Sequence record: MZ234025.1
Source of the DNA: Escherichia phage vB_EcoM-172859UKE1
DNA length: 64,000 bases
Reading direction: 5' to 3' (one strand)
Shown: positions 1 through 8,202 of the stretch, one piece after another
Position numbering within the stretch: the first letter of the stretch is position 1
Layout: each line of letters opens with the position of its first letter
Program-made: the position numbers and the translations under genes
Notes under the pieces: generated by a model
Database searches by the model: none
What the model was told of the DNA's origin: nothing
The model's input: the letters and a program-made list of their open reading frames with translations, nothing else

Positions 1-697
1 CGAGAAAGTTGTAGGTGATATGTCTCGTGCTAAGGCACTTAAATCTCTTTTCCGTATTGTGACCCCGTATCTGACTATTAAAGATATTCCGTGTGTTGCA
101 ATTAACCATACCGCAATGGAAATTGGCGGATTGTATCCTAAAGAGATTATGGGCGGTGGTACAGGTATTCTTTATTCTGCCAACACAGTGTTTTTTATCT
201 CTAAACGTCAGGTTAAAGAAGGTACAGAATTGACCGGTTATGACTTCACGTTGAAAGCAGAAAAATCTCGCACTGTTAAAGAAAAATCTACTTTCCCAAT
301 CACGGTTAATTTTGATGGTGGTATCGACCCATTCAGCGGCTTGCTAGAAATGGCAACTGAAATTGGTTTTGTAGTTAAGCCTAAAGCTGGTTGGTATGCT
401 CGCGAATTCCTTGACGAAGAAACAGGTGAAATGATTCGTGAAGAAAAATCATGGCGTGCTAAAGCTACTGATTGTGTAGAATTCTGGGGACCTTTGTTTA
501 AACACAAACCTTTCCGAGATGCAATTGAAACTAAATATAAACTAGGTGCTATCTCTTCTATTAAAGAAGTTGATGACGCTGTTAACGACCTTATTAATTG
601 CAAAGCAACAACTAAAGTTCCGGTTAAAACTTCTGATGCTCCGTCTGCAGCAGATATAGAAAACGACCTTGACGAAATGGAAGATTTCGATGAATAA
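1..697 (+). CDS. uvsX: UvsX RecA-like recombinase, C-terminal portion (5' end outside window)
   Basis: Frame open from window edge to stop at 695-697; acidic tail DLDEMEDFDE and overall match to T4 UvsX as recalled; followed by 40 and 41 as in T4. Confidence 0.9.
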   Translation, partial: EKVVGDMSRAKALKSLFRIVTPYLTIKDIPCVAINHTAMEIGGLYPKEIMGGGTGILYSANTVFFISKRQVKEGTELTGYDFTLKAEKSRTVKEKSTFPITVNFDGGIDPFSGLLEMATEIGFVVKPKAGWYAREFLDEETGEMIREEKSWRAKATDCVEFWGPLFKHKPFRDAIETKYKLGAISSIKEVDDAVNDLINCKATTKVPVKTSDAPSAADIENDLDEMEDFDE

Positions 698-1031
698 TCT
701 CGATGATTTAAATCTAGAAATCGTTGATGAATCCCCTTCTTCGGAAGGGGAAGACATTCGCAAAGAACGAGTGTTTAATGAATCTCTTAAAATTGTCCGT
801 TCAGCAATGGAAAATGTCATTCAAGAGATTCTGATTACACTTGAAGACGGTTCTCATCATATAGTCTATATTACAAAACTAGACTGGGTTGATGGTAAAA
901 TCGTAATGGACTTTGCAGTTCTTGACCAGGACAGAAAATCAGAACTTGCACCACATGTTGAAAAATGTGTTACAATGCAAGTACAACAAGCTTTTAATGA
1001 ACGAACCAAGAAAAAATTTAAATTCTTTTAA
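669..1031 (+). CDS. 40: gp40-like protein (position of T4 gene 40)
   Basis: 120-aa ORF between uvsX and 41, T4 synteny; alternative in-frame ATG at 690. Confidence 0.55.
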   Translation: MTKWKISMNNLDDLNLEIVDESPSSEGEDIRKERVFNESLKIVRSAMENVIQEILITLEDGSHHIVYITKLDWVDGKIVMDFAVLDQDRKSELAPHVEKCVTMQVQQAFNERTKKKFKFF

Positions 1032-1040
1032 GGAGTTATC

Positions 1041-2483
1041 GTGGTAGAAATTATTTTGTCTCATCTAGTATATGACCAGGCTTATTTTTCTAAGGTCTGG
1101 CCTTATATGGATTCTGAGTATTTTGAGCGTGGACCGGCAAAAAACGTCTTTAAAATTATAAAGAGCCACGTTAACGAATATAATGCAATGCCATCTATCA
1201 ATGCATTAAAGGTGGCTTTAGATAACAGTTCTTTAACTGAAGCCGAATATAAAGGAACTTCAGACCTAATTGAAAAATTGGCTGATACTCCTGAAGACCA
1301 CGAATGGTTGGTTAAAGAAACTGAGAAATATGTCCAGCAAAAAGCGATGTATAATGCTACATCCAAAATCATTGAGATTCAGTCTAATGCTGAACTACCT
1401 CCAGAACAACGTAACAAGAAAATGCCTGACGTAGGAGCTATTCCTGATATTATGCGTCAAGCACTTTCAATTTCGTTCGATAGTTATGTTGGACATGACT
1501 GGATGGAAGACTACGAAGCACGCTGGCTTTCTTATCTAAATAAAGCACGTAAGGTCCCGTTCAAATTAAACATTTTGAATAAAATCACTAAAGGTGGTGC
1601 TGAAACAGGTACACTGAATGTTTTAATGGCTGGTGTTAACGTTGGTAAATCTTTAGGCCTTTGTTCACTCGCTGCAGATTATCTTCAAACAGGTCATAAT
1701 GTTCTTTATATTTCCATGGAAATGGCTGAAGAAGTTTGTGCTAAGCGTATAGATGCAAACATGCTTGACGTATCACTCGATGATATCGATGATGGTAACG
1801 TATCTTATGCTGAATATAAAGCCAAGATGGAAAAATGGCGTTCAAAATCCACATTAGGACGTTTAGTAGTTAAACAGTATCCTACTGGTGGAGCTAATGC
1901 TAATACATTTCGTGCATTGCTTAATGAGTTAAAACTTAAGAAGAACTTTGTGCCATCTGTAATCATGGTTGATTACTTAGGTATTTGTGGGTCTTGTCGT
2001 ATCAGAGTTTACACTGAAAATAGCTACACCTTAGTTAAAGCTATCGCAGAAGAACTTCGTGCATTAGCAGTAGAATCTGAAACAGTTCTATGGACTGCAG
2101 CTCAAGTAGGACGTGCAGCATGGGATGCTTCGGATATGAACATGAGCGATATTGCAGAATCAGCAGGTTTACCAGCAACAGCAGATTTCATGTTGGCCGT
2201 AATTGAAACCGAAGAACTTGCACAAGCTGAACAACAACTTATCAAACAAATCAAATCACGATACGGTGATAAGAATAAGTGGAATAAATTCCTGATGGGT
2301 GTACGTAAAGGCAACCAGAAATGGATTGAGATTGAGCAAGAAGGCATGAACACACCTAACACAGTAAATGAAAACGCAGGTGCTCAGATGCGTCAGGCAG
2401 AGGTGAATCGTACGGAACGCGTAGGTAAAGCCAAAGCAACACGTGCTGACCTAGATAGCTTAGCCAATGAGTTAAAATTTTAA
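1041..2483 (+). CDS. 41: gp41 replicative DNA helicase (DnaB-like)
   Basis: GTG start after aggag; Walker A GVNVGKS; near-colinear with T4 gp41 as recalled. Confidence 0.95.
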   Translation: MVEIILSHLVYDQAYFSKVWPYMDSEYFERGPAKNVFKIIKSHVNEYNAMPSINALKVALDNSSLTEAEYKGTSDLIEKLADTPEDHEWLVKETEKYVQQKAMYNATSKIIEIQSNAELPPEQRNKKMPDVGAIPDIMRQALSISFDSYVGHDWMEDYEARWLSYLNKARKVPFKLNILNKITKGGAETGTLNVLMAGVNVGKSLGLCSLAADYLQTGHNVLYISMEMAEEVCAKRIDANMLDVSLDDIDDGNVSYAEYKAKMEKWRSKSTLGRLVVKQYPTGGANANTFRALLNELKLKKNFVPSVIMVDYLGICGSCRIRVYTENSYTLVKAIAEELRALAVESETVLWTAAQVGRAAWDASDMNMSDIAESAGLPATADFMLAVIETEELAQAEQQLIKQIKSRYGDKNKWNKFLMGVRKGNQKWIEIEQEGMNTPNTVNENAGAQMRQAEVNRTERVGKAKATRADLDSLANELKF

Positions 2484-2489
2484 TAAAAA

Positions 2490-2512
2490 GGAGACTTCGG
2501 TCTCCTTTCGGG
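2490..2512 (+). terminator. UUCG-tetraloop hairpin after gene 41 (ggagacTTCGgtctcc)
   Basis: Perfect 6-bp stem with TTCG loop directly after the stop codon. Confidence 0.5.
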
Positions 2513-2571
2513 GTTTACATCTTCCTCTAGGCATGATATGATGAACTTACCCCAACCAAGAGGAAAACATT

Positions 2572-2946
2572 ATGAATATGTCTCAAGCAATTTTTACTGC
2601 AATCACCGAAAACACAACTGTTGAAGTAGTTTCTCCACTGGCAACCTACGTTATTCTTGCTCCTAAAACTATTGTATCTCGTATGGAAAACACAGGCAAA
2701 CGTATCGTACAAATAGTTGGAGCCGGAAATCAAAAACTTGATTATCTACGAACCATCAAAGCTTATGAACATTTCCAACTCGAAAAAGGTTCTCCTATTC
2801 AGGTAGAACTCGTAAATGGTGATATCGTTCGAGCAATGTTCCATCATTTCTATGCATTGAATGACCCATCTAAAGCGGTTCGTTTAATTGCATACGATGC
2901 AAACCAAAACGAAATCAACGCAGATATATCTAAATTACGTTTTTAA
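2572..2946 (+). CDS. hypothetical protein (124 aa)
   Basis: ORF with upstream SD (aggaaaacattATG); same strand as neighbours; no recognisable motif. Confidence 0.5.
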   Translation: MNMSQAIFTAITENTTVEVVSPLATYVILAPKTIVSRMENTGKRIVQIVGAGNQKLDYLRTIKAYEHFQLEKGSPIQVELVNGDIVRAMFHHFYALNDPSKAVRLIAYDANQNEINADISKLRF

Positions 2947-2996
2947 GTTTACTTCTCCAGTAGTTGTGTTATTATAGACCTATCAACTACTGGAGA
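2947..2996 (+). promoter_or_regulatory. Early sigma70-type promoter embedded in stem-loop (GTTTAC 2947-2952, TATTAT 2970-2975)
   Basis: 17-bp spacer; perfect 13-bp inverted repeat tctccagtagttg / caactactggaga flanks the -10. Confidence 0.6.
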
Positions 2997-3001
2997 ACAA
3001 A

Positions 3002-3319
3002 ATGAAAACCATCGATTGTAAAGCAGAATTTAAGATTTTTTATCACGGTTCAAGTAGTTCAGCTAACATCGAAAACATGCTTTGTCCTCCTGAGGAAACA
3101 GGAGTTCTGTCTGAAACTGGACGTAAGAAAAACTTGGATCGTGTATTCTTTACTGAAGATATAGGTTTAGCAAAGATTTATGCAGGACGAGCAGCACGCT
3201 CTTATGGAGGTGAACCACGTCTCTATCGAGTAATTTCTCCGGTAGATGTAGTTCAAATGAATGATACTAAAGGTGCTACAGTTTATCACGCTGAATGGGC
3301 ATTTTGCGAGGAAATATGA
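3002..3319 (+). CDS. small Arr-like ADP-ribosyltransferase candidate (105 aa)
   Basis: FYHGSS motif followed ~30 aa later by VFFTED and GEPRLYRV, resembling rifampin-ADP-ribosyltransferase (Arr) FYHGT...IYFS...YIYIVEP layout; SD ggagaacaaaATG; stop overlaps dmd start. Confidence 0.4.
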   Translation: MKTIDCKAEFKIFYHGSSSSANIENMLCPPEETGVLSETGRKKNLDRVFFTEDIGLAKIYAGRAARSYGGEPRLYRVISPVDVVQMNDTKGATVYHAEWAFCEEI

Positions 3320-3504
3320 GCAAATTAACTAAAGTTACTTTTATTGGCTGGTTTAAAAATGATAATATGTTCACTAAAGATATCATGTTATCAGGCGACC
3401 GTGAAGAAATCGAGTGGGTTGCGGTACAACTCGCTGAAGTGAACAGTGCACTTGTTAAAGCATTTCTTAATGATGAGAAAGTTTTCGAAGCAGATTTTCG
3501 ATAA
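3316..3504 (+). CDS. dmd: Dmd, antitoxin/discriminator of mRNA degradation
   Basis: MSKLTKVTFIGWFKNDNMFTKDI...EVNSALVKAF matches T4 Dmd (60 aa) as recalled; ATG 3316 preceded by gagga; ORF-track start 3295 is probably too far upstream. Confidence 0.8.
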   Translation: MSKLTKVTFIGWFKNDNMFTKDIMLSGDREEIEWVAVQLAEVNSALVKAFLNDEKVFEADFR

Positions 3505-3517
3505 TTTTAAAATAACT

Positions 3518-3560
3518 GTTTACAAGCACCACATACTGTGTTACTATCTTTCTATCAACT
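3518..3560 (+). promoter_or_regulatory. Early promoter (GTTTAC at 3518-3523) upstream of lipoprotein gene
   Basis: GTTTAC followed by A/T-rich -10 region ttactat. Confidence 0.45.
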
Positions 3561-3575
3561 ACAGAGGAAATTGAA

Positions 3576-3944
3576 ATGAAAAAATTAATCGCTTTAGCAA
3601 TGGTATTTGGATTAACCGGATGTGGTGCCCATGGCTTTATCCCTAATAACGTTGGCCAACTGATTTACAATCCGAATGTTAAACAATATGAACAACCTAA
3701 AGTTGAAGTGGAAGACCCGGTTACTGTAGGTAATCGAATGATTCAAGCTGATGCTCATGCTCAACGTTATCGTGATTCTGATACTGTAGCATTGTCAAAA
3801 GAACAACGCGTTAAAGAACATTGCTTACAGGCTACTGAAATCGCATTCATTCGCTATGTTGAAACAACCGGTAAAGAGCCTACCCAGAAACAAATCGCGA
3901 ATAACTACGTCCAGTGTATTGAACGTTTAAACAAATTTAATTAA
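3576..3944 (+). CDS. putative lipoprotein (signal peptide, lipobox LTGC)
   Basis: N-terminus MKKLIALAMVFGLTGCGA; strong SD gaggaaattgaaATG. Confidence 0.6.
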   Translation: MKKLIALAMVFGLTGCGAHGFIPNNVGQLIYNPNVKQYEQPKVEVEDPVTVGNRMIQADAHAQRYRDSDTVALSKEQRVKEHCLQATEIAFIRYVETTGKEPTQKQIANNYVQCIERLNKFN

Positions 3945-3947
3945 TTG

Positions 3948-3990
3948 GTTTACACCAAAGTTAAAACAAGATACTATAAACATAACAAAT
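3948..3990 (+). promoter_or_regulatory. Early promoter (GTTTAC 3948-3953, TACTAT about 3972-3977)
   Basis: Consensus -35-like GTTTAC and A/T-rich -10. Confidence 0.45.
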
Positions 3991-4005
3991 CAAGAGGAAA
4001 TTAAC

Positions 4006-4254
4006 ATGGAATTATTCGTAGCTAGTTCAGTAGCAGTTTTAATCGCAGGTATTGGTTCAATCATCATTTACATGTTGCCTTGGGTAATCGCACTTATTCG
4101 TGGCACAAAAAGCACAACAGCAATCTTCTTCGTATCTTTACTCTTTAACTGGACGATGGTTGGTTGGATTGGAACTTTAATTTGGTCTATCGTTGCCGAA
4201 AAGAAATCTGCTCTACAGCCTCAACAAGTAATTATTATTCGCGAAAAAGAATAA
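4006..4254 (+). CDS. small two-TM membrane protein, superinfection-immunity (Imm) family-like
   Basis: YMLPWVIALIRG...NWTMVGWIGTLIWS pattern resembles Imm-type small membrane proteins; SD agaggaaattaacATG. Confidence 0.5.
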   Translation: MELFVASSVAVLIAGIGSIIIYMLPWVIALIRGTKSTTAIFFVSLLFNWTMVGWIGTLIWSIVAEKKSALQPQQVIIIREKE

Positions 4255-4258
4255 ACTT

Positions 4259-4300
4259 GTTTACATTATAGATGGACTATAGTATAGTAGTCCTATCAAA
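4259..4300 (+). promoter_or_regulatory. Early promoter in stem-loop (GTTTAC 4259-4264; ggactat/atagtagtcc imperfect inverted repeat around -10)
   Basis: Same atagtagtcctatc cassette recurs at 24882 and 25392. Confidence 0.55.
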
Positions 4301-4317
4301 TCAACTAAGGAGTTAAA

Positions 4318-4611
4318 ATGAAAAAGTTATCATTGGCAGCAATCTTACTTGCAGTATCATGTGCACCGGCTCCAGTTACGGCAGGTTATGATAAAGACCT
4401 CTGTGAGTGGTCAATGACTGCAAATCAAGAAGATGTTGAACAACAAATCTTCTCTGATATCATGAACATCACTAAACGAGACCGTCCTAATATGGTTAAT
4501 AAAGTTGTTGAACAACTTAAGTCTGGCGGTAACATGCAGTACAACTATGTTTTGTATTGTGACCCTAATTTCGATAACAAAGATATCGTAACCGAAATCA
4601 CAGGTGAATAA
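4318..4611 (+). CDS. sp: Spackle periplasmic protein (superinfection exclusion)
   Basis: Signal peptide plus GYDKDLCEWSMTA...GGNMQYNYVLYCD matching T4 Sp (97 aa) as recalled. Confidence 0.85.
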   Translation: MKKLSLAAILLAVSCAPAPVTAGYDKDLCEWSMTANQEDVEQQIFSDIMNITKRDRPNMVNKVVEQLKSGGNMQYNYVLYCDPNFDNKDIVTEITGE

Positions 4612-4612
4612 C

Positions 4613-5263
4613 ATGATTTATTACATGCACAAAAATGCGCCATTTAAATATGGTAAATTTCCTAATGCGCAATGTTATAATATAACGCCGAATGAAAATA
4701 ATAACGGATATCATATTGGTGTAATTTTTGTAATTGTTAAAGATAACGAAATCGTTGCCTGGGCAGATTTTAAAGGTACAACATATGATGTTAATCCTGT
4801 GCCTTTCACATATTACAATATAATGGATTTGGCATATGATTATAATTGGTTTAATCATGACGCGTTGGTTCATATTGAAGGTGTAGGATTTGACATCTCC
4901 TATTCTAGCTATTCATTATGTCCTATGAGCCGAGCTCACGGTAAAGATGTATCATATCTTTCAATTCGGAAACGTGTAAACTTCAAACGTAGTACAGAGT
5001 ATGTTGGTGGACTCTTTGTTAAAGATAATAAAATAACCCGTATTAGTTATCCTCTAAGTGTAGGTCAAAAAGATGTTGATGTTGATTTAGACTTAACTGA
5101 AAATAACATTAATCATATTGCTTCTGTATATTTTGATATCGATGAAAAAATTGTAGTGTGTGGATACGAATTACCACCTGAAGAAAAGGCTGAAGCAATT
5201 GAAGTCGAATTAGAAATTTCTGTTGATGACCAAATATTTAATGCATTTATGAATCGAGGTTAA
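4613..5263 (+). CDS. hypothetical protein (216 aa; position of T4 61.2)
   Basis: ORF appears AT-rich by eye; ATG 4613 after aggtga; ORF-track start 4604 is GTG. Confidence 0.5.
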   Translation: MIYYMHKNAPFKYGKFPNAQCYNITPNENNNGYHIGVIFVIVKDNEIVAWADFKGTTYDVNPVPFTYYNIMDLAYDYNWFNHDALVHIEGVGFDISYSSYSLCPMSRAHGKDVSYLSIRKRVNFKRSTEYVGGLFVKDNKITRISYPLSVGQKDVDVDLDLTENNINHIASVYFDIDEKIVVCGYELPPEEKAEAIEVELEISVDDQIFNAFMNRG

Positions 5264-5264
5264 A

Positions 5265-5462
5265 ATGACTACTGCAATTTGCACGGGTTCTAAAATTAGT
5301 GTTTTTACAAGTTTTGAAGATTATGAAGTTGTTTCAAAACACCAATACCATATTAGCGTAAAAGCTAATGATGGTGTAATTTGGAATATTCCACAGTATG
5401 AAGGCACTACATATGAAGTCACAGATATAAATGGTGACAAAGCAATCTTTGTAATTGATTAA
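5265..5462 (+). CDS. hypothetical protein (65 aa)
   Basis: ORF immediately after preceding stop; same strand. Confidence 0.4.
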   Translation: MTTAICTGSKISVFTSFEDYEVVSKHQYHISVKANDGVIWNIPQYEGTTYEVTDINGDKAIFVID

Positions 5463-5481
5463 ATATACTCAGGAGGTACCT

Positions 5482-5949
5482 ATGGGTATTATTAACACTG
5501 CAATAGATTCTGTTTACGCATATAAGTTTATTCGACTAATGCAAAAACCTTTTACCGAATGGAAAGCATACGAAGCCAAAATCATCGATGAACGTGGAAG
5601 TGTTCTTAAACGTCCTTCCACTCCTGAAGAGAAAGCGGCTTATACACCTTTTCATGCTTCAGTTCGTTCAATGAAGCGAATGATGAGCACTGTTCCAGGT
5701 CTTAATGGAATGGCCTCAATGATGTCTGCCTGGAGTGCTGTAGCTTCACGCTATAACATTACGGAAGAACAGCAGAAAGAAATATTTAAAGAACTCCCTT
5801 TATTTGAGGATATGGTTGCTGGTGATTCAGGTGGCAGCCCTCAAGCTATTGCATCAGGAACAACTACAGGTGCAGTAGTAAATAAAGGTCCAGAACAAAT
5901 TCCTTCCAAGAAAAGAAAGCGAATTAAAGTAAATATTAATAAGTTGTGA
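5482..5949 (+). CDS. hypothetical protein with basic C-terminal tail (KKRKRIK)
   Basis: ATG 5482 preceded by aggagg; ORF-track start 5455 is upstream of the SD. Confidence 0.5.
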   Translation: MGIINTAIDSVYAYKFIRLMQKPFTEWKAYEAKIIDERGSVLKRPSTPEEKAAYTPFHASVRSMKRMMSTVPGLNGMASMMSAWSAVASRYNITEEQQKEIFKELPLFEDMVAGDSGGSPQAIASGTTTGAVVNKGPEQIPSKKRKRIKVNINKL

Positions 5950-5988
5950 TAAGATGGCCTTATTAATTTAAGGCCTCTGGAGAATACT

Positions 5989-7011
5989 ATGGCTGAATGG
6001 ATAGATAATGAATTTGCTTATCGCGCGTTTTCTCACCTACCTCGTTTTAGACAAATCAATAATTCAAGCACATTTAAATTAACATTTCGATGTCCAGTTT
6101 GTGGCGACTCCCAGACAGATGCAATGAAAGCTCGCGGATGGTATTATGGCGGTACTCCTGGTAATGTACATTGTTATAATTGCCAATACCACAATACAAT
6201 TTCCGGATACTTAAAAGAGTATGATGAAGAGCTTTATCGCGAATATCTAATGGAAGTTCGTAAAGAAAAAGCTAGAATGGAACCAAAGATTGAAAAGGTT
6301 CCTGAACATAAACCAGAACCGGAGAAAAAGACTATAAATTCTTTGCCGTCTTGTTCTCGTCTGGACAAGCTGCCCGAAGAGCATCCTATTGTGAAATATG
6401 TTAAGTCTCGGTGTATTCCTAAAGAATCGTGGAACAGATTATGGTTCACATTAGAATGGCCTAAATTGGTCAACAAGATTCAACCTGGTACGTATAAGAA
6501 AGAGATTCCCGAACCACGTTTAGTGATTCCTATTTTTAATAAAGACGGGAAGGCCGAGTCATTCCAAGGACGTGCACTTCGTAAAGATGCTCCTCAGAAA
6601 TATATCACTATTAAAGCGTTTGAGTCTGCAACAAAAATTTATGGTGTTGAACGTGTTAAGGAAGGAGACGTCTGGGTAATGGAAGGTCCTATTGATAGTT
6701 TATTCATACCCAATGCAATCGCTATTACAGGCGGCTCAATAGATTTAGATGTGGTACCATTTAAAGAACGTCGGGTATGGGTAATGGATAATGAACCTAG
6801 GCATCCAGATACTATAGCTCGTATGAAGCGATTAGTTGATGCAGGCGAACGTGTCATGTTCTGGGACCGAGCTCCATGGAGATCAAAGGATGTGAATGAT
6901 ATGGTAATGAAAGAAAATGCAACACCACAAGAAATTTTAGAATACATGAAACAGAATATTTCAAGTGGGTTGCATGCTAAAATGAGATTATCTCATTATT
7001 CTAAGATTTAA
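5989..7011 (+). CDS. 61: gp61 DNA primase
   Basis: Zn-finger CPVCGDS...CYNCQ near N-terminus and Toprim-like region; T4 synteny. Confidence 0.9.
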   Translation: MAEWIDNEFAYRAFSHLPRFRQINNSSTFKLTFRCPVCGDSQTDAMKARGWYYGGTPGNVHCYNCQYHNTISGYLKEYDEELYREYLMEVRKEKARMEPKIEKVPEHKPEPEKKTINSLPSCSRLDKLPEEHPIVKYVKSRCIPKESWNRLWFTLEWPKLVNKIQPGTYKKEIPEPRLVIPIFNKDGKAESFQGRALRKDAPQKYITIKAFESATKIYGVERVKEGDVWVMEGPIDSLFIPNAIAITGGSIDLDVVPFKERRVWVMDNEPRHPDTIARMKRLVDAGERVMFWDRAPWRSKDVNDMVMKENATPQEILEYMKQNISSGLHAKMRLSHYSKI

Positions 7012-7205
7012 ACAAGCCCTATAATAGCAAAGGCCAAATCGACTACAGTATCCAATGGAACAGAAGGAACTATAATACCATTAGCAACTAACAATGGTGC
7101 GATACCGAAGTTCCATGAAATAATGCCACCTACAACTATTGCGGCGATAGCAGTTTTCTTTTTATTGCCTTTAATAGCATTGATTAACGATGGAAGTTTA
7201 AACAT
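7008..7205 (-). CDS. small hydrophobic membrane protein (65 aa), antisense to the early gene block
   Basis: Consensus SD AAGGAG 5 nt upstream of ATG on minus strand; two hydrophobic segments; lies in 61-56 gap and overlaps the last 4 nt of 61. Confidence 0.45.
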   Translation of the reverse strand: MFKLPSLINAIKGNKKKTAIAAIVVGGIISWNFGIAPLLVANGIIVPSVPLDTVVDLAFAIIGLV

Positions 7206-7293
7206 AATATCTCCTTAGTTACCTATTATTTATTACGCTTTATAAAATTAATGTTAGAATTAACTCTCTTATACTGAATTGAAAGGAAAAATA

Positions 7294-7815
7294 ATGGCAC
7301 ACTTTAACGAATGTTCACAACTTATTTCTGGTGTTGATAAAGCAGAAGAAGCTTATTTTAATGCTCTGATTCACGAAGATAAAGACCCACTGCAGGTAAT
7401 GCTTGATATGCAGAAATCTTTACAGGTTCGTCTGGCAAATGACAAGCCTGAACATAACAAACATCCTGATGAATTGGCTACTGCTGGTGATGTTGTTGAT
7501 TGGCTGCGTAATCAGAAAGATTATATTGATGATGAATTCCGTGAACTGCTGACTTCACTTGGTGGTATGAGCAATGGTGAAAAAGCCGCCAGCAGTGTAT
7601 GGAAGCCGTGGAAGGCACAACATGCTGAATATCGTAATCGTCGTATCGATGAACTGTCTCCTGAAGACCAGCTTGAAATTAAATTTGAGATGATTGATAT
7701 TCTGCACTTTGTTCTGAACATGTTCCAAGGTCTTGGGCTTTCTGCTGAAGAAATCTTTAAACTTTACTACTTGAAAAACCAACACAACTTTGAACGCCAG
7801 GATAACGGTTACTAA
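7294..7815 (+). CDS. 56: gp56 dCTPase/dUTPase (MazG-like dCTP pyrophosphatase)
   Basis: MAHFNEC... start after gaaaggaaaaataATG; high similarity to T4 gp56 as recalled. Confidence 0.9.
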   Translation: MAHFNECSQLISGVDKAEEAYFNALIHEDKDPLQVMLDMQKSLQVRLANDKPEHNKHPDELATAGDVVDWLRNQKDYIDDEFRELLTSLGGMSNGEKAASSVWKPWKAQHAEYRNRRIDELSPEDQLEIKFEMIDILHFVLNMFQGLGLSAEEIFKLYYLKNQHNFERQDNGY

Positions 7816-7821
7816 TTAAGT

Positions 7822-7829
7822 TATAAATA
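7822..7829 (+). promoter_or_regulatory. Late promoter TATAAATA upstream of soc
   Basis: Exact TATAAATA about 30 nt upstream of the soc ATG. Confidence 0.6.
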
Positions 7830-7860
7830 CACCTGTAATTAAACAACAAAGGAGTTAATT

Positions 7861-8097
7861 ATGGGTGGTTACGTTAATATCAAAACCTTTACACATCCGG
7901 CTGGCGAAGGCAAAGAAGTTAAAGGTATGGAAGTTTCTGTACCGTTTGAGATTTATTCAAACGAACATCGAATTGCAGATTCCCATTACCAAATCTTTCC
8001 GTCAGAAAAGGCAGCTTATTCTGATGTCGTTTCTGATGCAGCAACTTGGAAAACTAAGAACGCTGCAATGTTTACCCCTACGCCAGTAAGCGGTTAA
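7861..8097 (+). CDS. soc: Soc small outer capsid protein
   Basis: GYVNIKTF...HYQIFPSEKAAYS matches T4 Soc as recalled; SD aaaggag. Confidence 0.8.
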   Translation: MGGYVNIKTFTHPAGEGKEVKGMEVSVPFEIYSNEHRIADSHYQIFPSEKAAYSDVVSDAATWKTKNAAMFTPTPVSG

Positions 8098-8104
8098 ATA
8101 ATTT

Positions 8105-8137
8105 AAGGAATCCTTCGGGATTCCTTTTTTTTTTTGT
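8105..8137 (+). terminator. Rho-independent terminator after soc (ggaatccTTCGggattcc + T11)
   Basis: Perfect hairpin with UUCG loop followed by long T run. Confidence 0.8.
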
Positions 8138-8144
8138 TTCTACA

Positions 8145-8190
8145 GTTTACAACCACTAAAAACTGTGTTAAGATATTCTTACTTACTCAA
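8145..8190 (+). promoter_or_regulatory. Early promoter (GTTTAC 8145-8150)
   Basis: GTTTAC then A/T-rich -10 (taagat) upstream of ORF 8203. Confidence 0.4.
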
Positions 8191-8202
8191 GAGGAGAACA
8201 AT

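Noticed and set aside
238-820. Minus-strand ORFs (238..603, 542..820) inside uvsX/40
   Set aside because: Antisense to a strongly supported conserved gene, no SD; typical shadow ORFs.
7012-7293. dam DNA adenine methylase between 61 and 56
   Set aside because: Only about 280 bp separate 61 and 56; no methyltransferase motifs (DPPY etc.) in any frame.
7865-8089. Alternative-frame 74-aa ORF overlapping soc
   Set aside because: soc frame has recognisable Soc sequence and SD; the other frame is Leu/Arg/Lys-rich shadow.
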